In this document: positions 52,401-64,000 of the stretch, in pieces
How the letters are laid out: each line of letters begins with the position of its first letter
Numbering within the stretch: the stretch's first letter is position 1
Assembly: GCA_002633005.1 (NCBI GenBank)
Contig: NMRA01000791.1
Location: forward strand, 79,442-143,441
Reading direction: 5' to 3'
DNA from: Phoronis australis
Taxonomy: Eukaryota > Animalia > Phoronida
Length of the DNA: 64,000 nucleotides
Program-made: the position numbers and the translations under genes
Notes under the pieces: generated by a model
Databases searched by the model: none
Seen by the model: the letters and a program-made list of their open reading frames with translations, nothing else
Told to the model about the DNA's origin: nothing

Positions 52401-55400
52401 TCCGTAAGTGAGTAATTGCTAAAGGCATGCAAGGAGAGTAGACATTAACACTTTTAAATTTACTTTGAAATAGACTTTTTTGAAACCTTCTTAGAACAGA
52501 AACAACACCATTATATTCTACAAAGTTGGTTTTTACGTCGATCCTATTTTTTATAGTGTTTAGACTAACAAAATCACATCAGAGGTATACATATCTCTAA
52601 TAAATCTTAAGCCTTTTACAAACCAAGGCTTATAAAAAACACCTGTGCCTCCAATCGCCAAGTTACTATTAAACCACAAAGGTTGGTTCAAAAAGTCCTC
52701 TTTACTTGAAACAATTATTTTCTTGTAGAAAGATAACATACTTCCAAATACGTCGCGCCAGTAGGAATTACAAATTAGAGTTAACTTCGACTTAATAAAG
52801 TCATCTCCAAATGAAGCAAAATTCTTTAAGAACGGGTAGAGTGATTACAGTAATTCACCACTTTTAGACGCAGGGCTTTCAAGATATCTACGGGCCATAG
52901 CGAGTTTTAAAGCTTTGCTGAAAGTATGCACATTGACCATTTGAATTCCCCCTTGATAAAGTCCTAAACAGGCCGTAGTTTGTTTAATTTTATCATTACG
53001 GGTCTGCCATACAAATCTAAAAAATGTCGTATTCAATTCACCCAAGACTTCACTGATGGATTTGGTAAACTTCACAACAAAAAATTAAGTTTAGAAATAG
53101 CTAATGTTTTAATTACCGTTACTCTACCAAACGGCGATAAATTTCGTCAACTCCAACTTTTTAGTAAAGACTTGATCTCAGTTATTCTTGCAGTGAAGCT
53201 CTTATGCGTCATACTATCCAACTGAGTGTCAAAACCCACCCCCAAAAATCTAAAAGATTTTTTGTCCAAGACAAAATTTCTTTTGTAGGAATCACGTCAT
53301 TACTACGAGTTTTACTTCCAAACCATATGGCTTTTGTTTTATCCACATTCACTTGGAGACCGGAGACACTAGCAAACAAATGTAGTACATCCAGTGTGGT
53401 AGTCAATGACAAATTCGACCCATCCAACGTAATTAATGTGTCGTCCGCATATTGCGAAATCAAATATTCCTTATTCCCAGCAACTACACCAGCAATATTT
53501 TTATTATTCTTGATTAAATACGCCAAAATCTCCGCGCACAATATAAAAATGTAGGGAGACAATGGGTCACCTTGTCTGCAGCCACGCGAAATATTGAACC
53601 AAGAAGATGGGTGACCATTTACGACAACACAGGACTTAATATTACTGTAAAAGACTTTCACCCACCTTCTGATCGACCAACCAAAATTAAGGAACGATAA
53701 AGTTTTTTGAATAAAATTCCACGACAATGAATCAAATGCTTTCTCAAAATCAATCAGTAAAAGCAATCCAGGTTTGTTAGCTGCCTGGGCATAAAACATT
53801 AAATCATATAGCACTCGGATATTTTCGTTCATATTTCTTCCAGAAACGAAACCTGTCTGGTCCTTACTGATTACTTTTCCCAAAACGGATTTTAACCGTT
53901 CAGCTACTGCCGAAGAAGCCAATTTATATGTCACATTGAGCAAGGATATGGGTCTCCAGTTTTTCAAATAATGTTTACTTTTATCTGCTCCCTTAGGGAT
54001 GCAGGTGATCACTCCCTCTTTCTGTGTTGAGGATAACTGGCCAACAGCAAAACCTGTATTAAGTGAGCGAACAACGAAATGTCCAATGTCAGCCCAAAAA
54101 AATTTTAAAAATTCCACTGAAAAACCATCAGAGCCTGGGCTTTTGTTGTTTTTCATTTTTTTCAAGCATTGTGTGACTTCTTCATATGTAAGAAGACCTT
54201 CTAATTTTTCTTTTTCCGTCTCATTCAGCTTGGAGACACAAACATTATCAAGAAGAGTTTTTAAAGAAGTATTGTTAGTCTGTCTATATTTGTATAGATT
54301 TTCATAAAAAGTTTTGGTTTCCTGAATAACCTCTTCTTCACTATTGGTTTTAGTATTGTCAGATTTCCACAAAAAAGGCATAAACTTACTTGTGTAATGT
54401 CTATTTTCCAAGTGAAGAAAATATTTGGAAGGCTTTTCACCTTCTTCAATCCATCTTGCTCTCTACCTAGTCATAAGGCCTCTTAACTTATTTTGCCTTA
54501 GCTCAGCAAGTAAATTATTTTTTTGTTCCAGTAGTTCCCTGTCAAGGCTTAGAATTCTTTCCAACAAGCTTATTTCTTTGATAAGTTGCTGTTCAACTCT
54601 ATCACTTTTTCTTTTTAAGTAAGTAGCAAAGGAAATTGTTTTGCCGCGAATCTCCATCAACAACGTTTCAAGAAAAAGTTGATCATTTATAGACAATTGT
54701 AAATCTGAATTACTTGTACTATCAACAGTCTGAATGTCGCTATAAAATTGGTCTTAACTTACCCGTACGCAGGCGAGAAGAATATTCTAGGCTTACAAAG
54801 AGCCGACAGTTCGTCGTTCCTCGCTCGGCTAATAAAATGACACGCCCTTTCTAGCCAACTTGTTAAGTCTGAAATCAAAGCAGTAACGAGCGGCGAGTTC
54901 TTTGAGGCCGTGAAACAATCTTGACTTTGATTATGGCGCAATGCGGGTTGGTTCTTTCAGAGAGTGATCCGCGTGTTGGCGCTGTCAACAATTCCAATAG
55001 ATGTCGTCCCCCTTTCACGGCCCACTGGTGGAGACTGAGTCTACGAAAGGTGGTCGGTGAAACATTTGGAGCGTAAACCCTTTTTTGTTGCAAGTCCAAG
55101 CATTCGATGAATGCCACCACCGTTTGATAACTTCATTTCTTTCAACTGAAAACTTAGCGTACTGTTTTGCACAACAATAAGGGTGCTACTCGTGCAGGAA
55201 ATCCGAGTCCGTTTGGCAAGATTGACAAAAAACCTCGGCTAACCCAGATGCGCAAACTATTATCATTTTAACAAGCGGTTACAAGTTTTCTTTTTTGCAA
55301 AGGCTTAACACTAGCTATAAAAGCTCATTTTATATATTGATCACCAAGCGAAATTCTAGTAAACACAGGGCACGAGTCAGTGGATCGCCGGGATTGACCG

Positions 55401-58400
55401 AAGTCCCAACGTCCATGGTCGGACGGCAGTTAACAATAACCTGTAGGAAAGAAACGTAGGTTCTCTGATCAGGCGGCAAAATACAATGGTTTGGTGCAAC
55501 AGCGAGAGGTTTCATCTTCAGTCATAGACGGTTCGTAACCTTACAATCCCTAAGAGTACCACACAGGGGTGCTGTGCGTTCTTCGAGTTTGCTTGCTTTC
55601 CTTAGGTGGTAGCGAACTGACTCATTCGGGAAATTGGTGACAATGGTCATATGTTATCTTATTTAAGAAATATGTAAGAACTAATGCTGTTCTTAACTGA
55701 AGATGATTGAATACCAGTTGTCCATGTATTTCATTAATATCATTTTCTCAACAAATACGACGACTGCTTTTCAATATGAATATTATTTAGTTATTCAGTG
55801 TAGCAACAACTAAAATTCCTCTGAGCTGAAAGGGGGAAAATGAAACTTAATCACTGTACTTTTCGTTCTTATCTTCTAAATCTGGGTTAAATGTGAGCCC
55901 CTCTTAAGTGCAGAGTGCAGTAAACAACTTTCGTCAGAACTGTCCCCCTCGGGAACTGTCGTCGTACTTGTTGTCTTACATTGCCGAGATGAGAGCGATA
56001 CATGTATACATATATAAACCGACGCCATTATCAAAGCATGGAATGTCCGTCCAAATGAAGAGACTCGAAAATAATTCACTCTCAACATTTTTAAAGATAT
56101 CAAGAAGAAATAAAAAACAACCGATATAATACAGTAAGGGACATAGCCCACAAGAGCGTCGAAAGGCTCGCAGAGAAAAGAATGTCTGAATGAAGCAACA
56201 AGCCATGCAAATCTGATTATACACAACAGGCAGTGACGGGCAGCGGTCATTGCCTTACAGGCACAGACAATCACGAACTGAGGGATAAGTGGCTATAAGG
56301 TTCATTGTTAGTGAGGCTGGTTGTCTTAGCTTACCCATCCAATAATTAATAATTAGTATTTTTAAAGCCCATTATTCTACTGTTCTGTCATAGTAACTAA
56401 CTGCCACCATCATTCGAACAAATCGGAACCGAATCAAATTGCAGTTTTGTTATTGTACACAGCCATTGACGTTAGCTAATGCCTGTATCAAATTTGGTCG
56501 ATTCGCCCTTTTAGAAGAAAATCACTAAAGGTATCCCATTTGAGTACAATTTTATAGAGAAAAATATATTTTTGCGATGAGTGGTGGGTTTAAAGCAGCT
56601 TCAAAGCAAATAAATAGCCCTCTTGAATATTTCCAGGTGTTCCGCTTCTGTTGGCAAGAAAAGAAGCAAAAATCCAAGATACCGGATTTCGGGTGTCAAC
56701 CTTGGAAACAGTGGTGACGCGTGTCTGGATGTAAGTATTCAAAGTAATTCGTAAATTAAAACAAATCCCGCCTCCGCTATCGTCTGCTTCCACATGTCAC
56801 TTATGGCACTAAGCAATATTTGACCTATGAACTGTTTCTACATTATTTTAGGATATCTATAACTAACAGACGCCATTCCGTGAGCTTGTCTTCGTAGACG
56901 TTATTTCCGCAACAAAGTTTGCGTATTGTCGAGGATGTCGCCAGAGGTTAGCCCCTTAACGGGTCGGTCAGGTTCCTCTTGTCATGCGACCTGCACCAGC
57001 TCACGTTTTCTCTTGATATGACCGTGCATGTTGAATTGCTCTAGGCAAAGAAACACCTTTCAAATGCGTTTCTGTTTTGACTTGAAACAATCTGGAACGC
57101 TAATGTACATAATTTGTCTTTTGTAGAAAATTCTGCATAACATAATTTGATTTCTTCTTTCACTCATTCCTTGATAGCCTTCGTTCATTAAATTTACTAT
57201 TATTTTGGCAGTGGTTCTTGGAATCCGGATCACCTTCAAAAAACGCTTATGTGTTCACCAAATTTAAAATAACATGAAGCGTTATCTTTCACATTTCTAG
57301 ATCAGAAAGTACATACTTTATCGCTGTTATTCCATTGGGTCTCTTCATTATTTTAATTACGAATGTTTTAGATTGGGACAGTCGTACATGAAATTGGTCA
57401 CGCTATCGGTCGATGGCACGAGCAGAGTCGAGAAGATAGAGGAGCCTTTGTAGATTTCAACCTTGACACTTCGGGAGATGCTTCGCAGTATTGGGTTAGC
57501 TCTGGGGAATATAGAGGACGTTCCTTCGTACCGTACGACTATACCAGCATAATGCATTATGGTTCACGGGTAATGTTATAAATATTGCCTTGCTTACACG
57601 ATCATGTACGAAAAATGGTGTGCAAAAATTGCTTCATGAAACAACAAATAAAATTTTGAGAAAGTAAATAAAGATACAGAGTCAACTATATCTATTATAA
57701 CGTGCTAGAAACCGTGATTTTACGCTTATCACCCACCGGGTTGATATAAGTTTTCAGTTCTACACCTGTTCATGTTTACCAGTAGTTGCAGGAAAACACG
57801 TTCTCCTATTTGGAACTTTGCACATTGCTTTAATTAACCAAAAATGAAATAATGTATTCTTGGATGAACCTTAATTTGTTACATAAATCTAAATTCCATG
57901 TTCACTGCAGGGTTTTACAGTAATAAACGAAGACGGCATGCGGGCCCTAGACGAAGATTTAACTTTCTTAATGAACGGCCCCGGACTACTGTCTTATTAC
58001 GACCAGAAAGTTCTAAACCTAGCCTATAATTGTTCCCGTAAGTATACATGTAACTCGACCAAAAAAATCAAGGCTATCCGTTGTCTTCCTTGCGAATTGC
58101 TGTCGAAACGATTGCAAGGATTGAAAAAAGAAATGACCGTCAGCATCAATTTGGCTCTGCATACAAGTAATTATTGATATTCATTCGACGCAAATTGATT
58201 GCATTACACATTTGTGAGATCTTGGAACTTCCGATTTAGGACATTGGCGCTTAGCCCACTGGATGATTTAATGGAAATTCGTGTAACTGGGTTAGAGTCA
58301 CAACTGTAAACGTAATAATTACCTATAATTAATTGTCACATTTGCGGTTAAGATCTGCAATATTTTAAGGCGACGTGAGGTAAAATGGTCACCTTTGAAA

Positions 58401-59640
58401 TCTCAATATTTTATCATGTTATCAATTTAAAAATAGTAAGCCATTCCATTCAGAATCGGACACTGATCACTTGATTTTCAATGCATGCTTTTCTTAAAGA
58501 AAAACCTGGAAAATAATGGAAATGGTTTCTCATTAAATATGAATTACAACCACCCTTTCTCTGACAGAGAAACTGAAACTTACACATCCGGTAAGTTAGT
58601 CAAACTTTAAGTCGAAGATTTAAGTCAAACTTGAAAACGCTTTCTTGAAATGGACTTAGACAAAATCAAGTTTATCTTAAAATTGTCTGAAATATGAGAT
58701 TTGTCTTAGCTGAGTCAATTTTGTTGGAACGGCCCTAGGATTGTAATAGACAATTTGAAGATTTAAAAAGCGTTTGGTTCTGATGAAATTCCAAATGAAA
58801 TGATTGAGTCGGATGATAGTTTTGACTTTTTTGTCTGTTATATGAACACATTTTTAACTACCAGCATGGTACCATCTCTATGGTTCAAAATGTATTGTTG
58901 TAAAAATTCCGATCAGCTCTGCTTATGATCCGTTTGTTCTGTTTAATTACAGAGTAATTTTTACTATAAAAGTTGATCAGTAAGATCTTTTCTAGTTTGG
59001 TATGCTAAATCTAGTAACTCCCAAGTGGATGAGCTAAGTAGTTTTAGAAAAAATCAATCCTGTCAGGACTACAATTTTGTTTTATCATCCATTGTATGAA
59101 ACCGACTAAATTATTAGCAACGTACATTTCCGTGCTTTATTGACTTTCAAAAGGCTTTCGACAAAAACGGCTTGAAAAAGAAGTTATTGGAAATCTGTAT
59201 TTTGCAATGAAGTCTCTCAACATCTGCCTGTATTCACATAGACAATATGAACTCCGTTACGAATGGTTCGTTCTGCGAAATGAAAACCTGGAGTCCAAGA
59301 AACAAGTGACATAAAGGTTTGTCAACCTAAGTCGTATCAAGACCCTGGACTGACTTTCCTGTGACGGGACCATTCTTTCTATAGGGTCTTCCACTTTTAC
59401 TACAACTGAAGTTTACATTAGATGGCGAGCACTAGCCTGGGTGTTATATACAAAAAGTATACACCCGTGGTAACGTTTGGTTTTTCTGTGTTCAAAGTTT
59501 TTTTTATTTAAATATGTTTTGTGTACTTGAAGGTGGTTGTTCCATCAGAAGCTGTGAAAATGAAGGATTTGTGACAAAACAATGCAGGTGCAAGTGTCCA
59601 CCGTTTGTCGGAGGATCAAGGTGTGAACGCGTGAATACAG
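49412..59640 (+). CDS. Spliced gene, copy 2: tandem paralog of the astacin gene; prodomain, astacin and EGF1 visible, remainder beyond window or lost
   Basis: Exons 49412-49706, 51015-51153, 56637-56730, 57372-57569, 57911-58037, 59533-59640 have identical lengths and phases to copy 1, intact frames and identical [17 protein letters not shown]. Confidence 0.9.
51751..54737 (-). mobile_element. 5'-truncated L1/Tx1-clade LINE in an intron of copy 2
   Basis: ORF 53209-54411 RT (KSPGSDG, NWRPISLLN, DFEKAFD, RQGDPLSP, YADD); frameshifted flanking pieces; TSD cgctataa at 51743-51750 and 54738-54745; AATAAA plus short A-tail at 3' end; empty site in copy 1 near 5183. Confidence 0.95.
53209..54411 (-). 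pseudogene. LINE ORF2 reverse transcriptase fragment (400 aa)
   Basis: RT motifs QGDPLSP and YADD; part of a frameshifted, endonuclease-less ORF2. Confidence 0.93.
57372..57569 (+). CDS. Astacin copy 2 catalytic exon
   Basis: Differs from 7795-7992 by only 2 synonymous changes (CCC>CCG, TAC>TAT). Confidence 0.95.
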
Positions 59641-61817
59641 GTTGGTACACAGAGAACAAGTGCTTCAAAGTGTAGAGTATAATATCCTGAACAAAATTTA
59701 AGTTGTGTCATACTTAATACGAGCTCAACGTACATAACCGTCTATAATTGTATGCTTTACAAAATAGGGTTTACAGTTTAAAAGTAATCAAGTTCAATAG
59801 TCTGATAGCATCACACTCCAGAACAATTATCTTGAGTTTTGTCGATCGGAAATAATTTGGAGTTCAAGCTTGGAGGGTTTAAAAGTGATTTGCATAAAAA
59901 TGCAATGCATGTAAATCCCGGAACTTGGGTGTCTTTAAATTTGCATTCTATATTCATACTGTAGACACTCAAAATATTAGATTTCAAACGTTATTTCTTT
60001 CAAAAAATCATGATCCATTGTTTTTGGCTAACCTTTGCGTGAGTTTGGCTTCATTTTTAACAAAGCTAAACCAATCAAAATTAAAGTAATTGCAAGTGTA
60101 GCGTAAACGATAACTATCAACGTAAATAATCAGACAGAAATGAGAGTGTGCCTATATTTTAGTTTGAGTGATTTAACTATGTTGTTGCTAGCGTTCGGAT
60201 AAACACTACAGAATTAAAAACCATTGGGATATAATTTCTGGCTATGCCAGAACTATTCAGATAAGAAACATACACCGTTTTACTACCCAATCTTATAACT
60301 TACAAAAACGCCTTGTTTGTGAAACGAATCTTCAAACGAAGACATTCTTGCTCAGAACCCGTAGTTGTGGTAACCACTGGGACTGGAGATTCATTTTCAT
60401 TGTAAGTTGATTAACTATATAATTACACTATGAACCATGTATATGTTGTTTCATGGTTACTAGAATAATAAAAAATACAATAATTTTGTCCTGGCGGTCG
60501 TCACTATTATAAATCTTGTTAAAGTTCGCACTCGGGCGACGCTGTGCTTACACAGATGATTAATTCCCAAGTCAACCGCTAGTGACGCCTCCTATGATAC
60601 ATGTACAGTGTATTACGTTCTGGAAGCAGCTTGAAAGATGGAAGACTGGTCAAATATTCCACTCCTTACATTACTGAAGAGTCGAAATGAGTTTTTAATA
60701 ACTAGAGAACTGATGATGTGTCGACGGAAATTACCATGTTGCTATCTTTTCATTAAATGTCTTTCCAAAGTTAAATATATCAGAGTAAACAGTGTTTTTA
60801 CATTGTATGCTTCACGAACGCAACACTGAAGAGTAGATGAAGTGTTATCTATTTCTTATAAATCCTTGTCCAGTAGCAACAGCTTCAGTTACAGTACGCA
60901 TGCGTCGTCATAGTCCAAAATACATCAACGAAGAGAGGAACATTGGAAAACCCCACTTTTATATCTTGGCGCGCGTTTAGGTACATGTGTCACCCCGGCC
61001 AACCCGCGATCGAGAACGCCCGGAATACGATCGAGAACGAGACCTTACACCAAAAATGGCAGACGACAGTGAAGTACCCGGTGAGTTTAAGTGTCATTTT
61101 CTTCTTAAATAGAGGCTACTTTGATACCAATGCGACACATCGAAAAGCGTCAGAGCTTAGCCTTTGTTATGGATCTGAAATAATACTTGGCTTTTGCTAT
61201 TTTTTGAAATAGAGACCGCAGAATGCAATGGCTTTCGGTAAAATAACTTGCGTCTCGTAAATTCGTCAATTTCTACTTGTTATTAGCACTTCTTGGGTTC
61301 TTCAGTGGACACGTGTGACGTTTATAGTTAAATCGTCCCTGCTGACACCTTTGTTGGTTATAATTTGTGAAACAATTCGAGCTATCTACCGATACAAGCA
61401 GTGAAAACTGTCTTGCAAAACTGTCTATTTTCATAGTTTGGAAATGACGAGCAGAGTTTACAGACCATTTGAACAAACTTTTAAGCAAGAAGTCTGCCTT
61501 AAATAGTTACAGAAACCAAGTCTAAATTCTTTCAAATGAAAACAAGATGTTTTCCGGGTTTATTACGCGACTAGTATCCAAACTGAACCCGACGACCTTT
61601 GCCCACTGAGGGAGTCAGTTGAGATTAAGCTTGAGGATATATAAAAAATGTACGTGTAACCCTCTTGTATTCTTTCATTTCTTTTACATGATCAGGTTAA
61701 TTTAAACACTCTGTAGAACTTTTAAACGGAAATAAAATCCTTTAAGATTAAACGAGTAAGAATTAATATTTGTAATGACTGGTTTTGAGAGAAACAAGTG
61801 CATTTTAAAAAGACAAA

Positions 61818-62970
61818 ATGGCGGACGATGTCGATGGGCCTTCATGTTCCTTTAGAGGTTAGTTTGCAAAAAATCCGATCACAAAAGCTTTGTGCTTTAG
61901 TGAGTTATGTCAAAGACACCACTGAACATTTGAGATACAGGAAACTACCTCACAAAGCAAGGCCTGTGCCAGAGTAAGGACTCGTACTACCCAGAGTCGG
62001 TGAATTTCTGACTGAACAGGACCAGTCATGGAAGAGTCAGGTAATGCTGGATGTTACCACTCTACTCCTCTCTTCCTGAACGTAGCAGCCTTGTCAAATT
62101 CTACCGACATTTCTGTTTCGAGATATGACTTTAGTGAAAGTCAGAATTGGAAGGATCTCTGTGATCGCAAGATCTCTCCACTCAAACAACATGCAAAGTA
62201 CTTTGTTGCCGAAGGTAGCAATATCATAAACTTTCTAGATTTGAAGGAAGCATTACTTTCCAGTGGCCGTGTGAAGGGATGTTATGTGAATGCATGTTCA
62301 GTCAATGCAATTAAGTCTTTTCAAAATACTCAGTTCCTGGTATAAGCACATTCCCAAATTACCACTATTCCACCCAAGGAATTCGCGTGTGGAAATCATT
62401 CCGTGTATGTGACGGTAAGTTCTTACACATACTGAGAAAATGGGATACCTATTTCTCTAAAATACACTAACATCTCTAGACATGGTGGATTTTCAGCACC
62501 AAGAGTTAAGGTTGGCATTGTATCTAGTGAAGAGCCTCAAAAAAGTTCCCTTGTACCCAGCAAGGTTACTCGAAAGTTTTTGCTACAGATGCAGAACTAG
62601 GTCAGCATTTGGATGTGGGTAACCACACTGAACATCTACAGAGGGAAACCACGTATGACCACATCGCACGACAGTGGTCAGAAATAATTTCAGATGCAAG
62701 AACCAGAGCGTCATTTGAGGCAGCCTCGGAGAACTATTTGGATGAGACGAATGCTGAAGCAATAGGTTAGGCATTGAAAAAAGGTAAAAGGTCAACAAGA
62801 TTTTCAGCAAAGGTATTCGATGAAGGAGATAAGTCAGGTAAAAACGTTCACCCTCGGAAGTGCCAAAATGGAGAAAACATTACGAGAACCCACTGGGAAA
62901 GTGTTTACCTATGATATTTAGTGAATCGCAGATTGGTGGATTTCTTCGAGGTTGTCTGCAGCAATGTTTA
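61818..62970 (+). mobile_element. Decayed DDE transposase relic, Sola3-like (tentative), inside a large copy-2-specific segment starting ~59673
   Basis: MADDVDGPSCSF, SGNAGCYH, RYDFSESQNWKDLCDRKI...LKEALLSSGRVKG, G*ALKK...TRFS, SQI..FF; resembles the SDNAGCYH...GKDxCDR invertebrate transposases. Family assignment from memory. Confidence 0.55.
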
Positions 62971-64000
62971 TGACGATGCTATTTCTGCTGAAGATGCTTT
63001 TATGTCGTCAGATTTACTGAATGAAGTGGTACATGTAAATGAGCTCAACGTTTAGCCTAGTTAGCCTAGTCGAGACCGTTACTTCTGTTTACTTCATGTC
63101 TGTCATGAATGAGTCGTTAATAAAATTGTGTCTCGTGAATTATTTTCTATTGACTGTGAATGTGTACCTTTTTATACCACTGATGATCACACTGGCAGAA
63201 ATATTCAGCGTTAGGGTGCCCGGGTGTGGGGGGAACACCAGATTTCTGGCGACTGGTGGCGATTACAATTTGTAGCAACCAGCAGGGACATTACAGTATG
63301 AACCCAAATTAACAAAGACTATCTATTGACAAGTTGAAGGATTTTTTGCACTGAACACTAGGGGGCTACATCTACATTGGGTGCCTTCCTTTGCATGTGG
63401 CACGAAAAAGGCAGATAGACAACAAGGCAGGGGTGAGTTCAGTAACTCTAGAACCTCTCTAAAATTTATCCAAAACCACGTGTTCTCATTTAAAATGCAG
63501 GGCAATATCTCGCAAAGTCTTGAATTATAGCAAGGTCCTCGTGTTACTGCTCTTATTTTAGATGTGTCTTCAGTCTCCACGTAAACAAAAGCAGCGCCAT
63601 CTATCATTTAGAACCACGCATGCCAGTTGATTTACGTTACATATTTTTTGTAACAAGCAATAACCATCAATGTGCTGTCTGCCTTTTCTCCAAAATACAA
63701 GGTTTTTATGTCGTGTTTCGTAAGCTAAATATATGTTCCAAGAGCCCCCTATTGGCAGCAGATGCAACTGAGAACATGCAAAAGGACGAAGTGCAGTTCG
63801 TGTAATGCTTCGTACGCAAAAACTACAATAGAGGCAAGATTTTTTATTTTAGATTATGAACAGGTTAGGTATGACTAAACAAATTATTATAAAGTCAATT
63901 TCAGGAAAGGTGCGTTATGGCTGCTACAGAGTGCCAAATTTGGCCGAAAATGGCTTCAGTGAAAACCTGAAAAATAGCCATTTTTGCCTCACAAATTCAA

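Larger units (their letters stand above)
48268..59672 (+). repeat. Tandem segmental duplication homologous to 1-~10172
   Basis: Collinear intron and exon similarity starting at acgtttgcaaac...; ends at caaagtgt after the EGF1 exon, where copy 2 switches to unrelated sequence. Confidence 0.95.

Overview
AT-rich, intron-rich animal genomic DNA, probably a marine invertebrate (inference from the repeat families and gene type). No prokaryotic genes, rRNA, tRNA or CRISPR array were found. Most ORFs in the supplied track are spurious. The real coding signal is spliced and was reconstructed by hand from GT-AG boundaries and codon phase. Copy 1 (+, 2141-32395) has 22 phase-consistent exons (3177 nt, 1058 aa plus stop); its 5' signal-peptide exon was not found. 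It encodes a mosaic astacin (M12A) zinc metalloprotease: prodomain/RKKR - astacin - EGF - CUB - EGF - TSP1 - MAM - P/T linker - ShK x3 - P/T linker - FA58C/discoidin. A tandem paralog (copy 2; homology 48268-59672, 6 exons at 49412-59640) follows, with near-invariant catalytic exons but clearly diverged introns and different transposon insertions. Introns and intergenic DNA hold many mobile-element relics: two Academ-like DNA transposons, a 5'-truncated L1/Tx1 LINE with an 8-bp TSD, Penelope-like relics (one with a decayed hammerhead-like motif), a DIRS/Ngaro-type tyrosine recombinase relic next to a hairpin-bearing tandem array, a Gypsy integrase relic, a TA-flanked MITE and a Sola3-like transposase relic. 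Microsatellites and a 42-N gap are also present.
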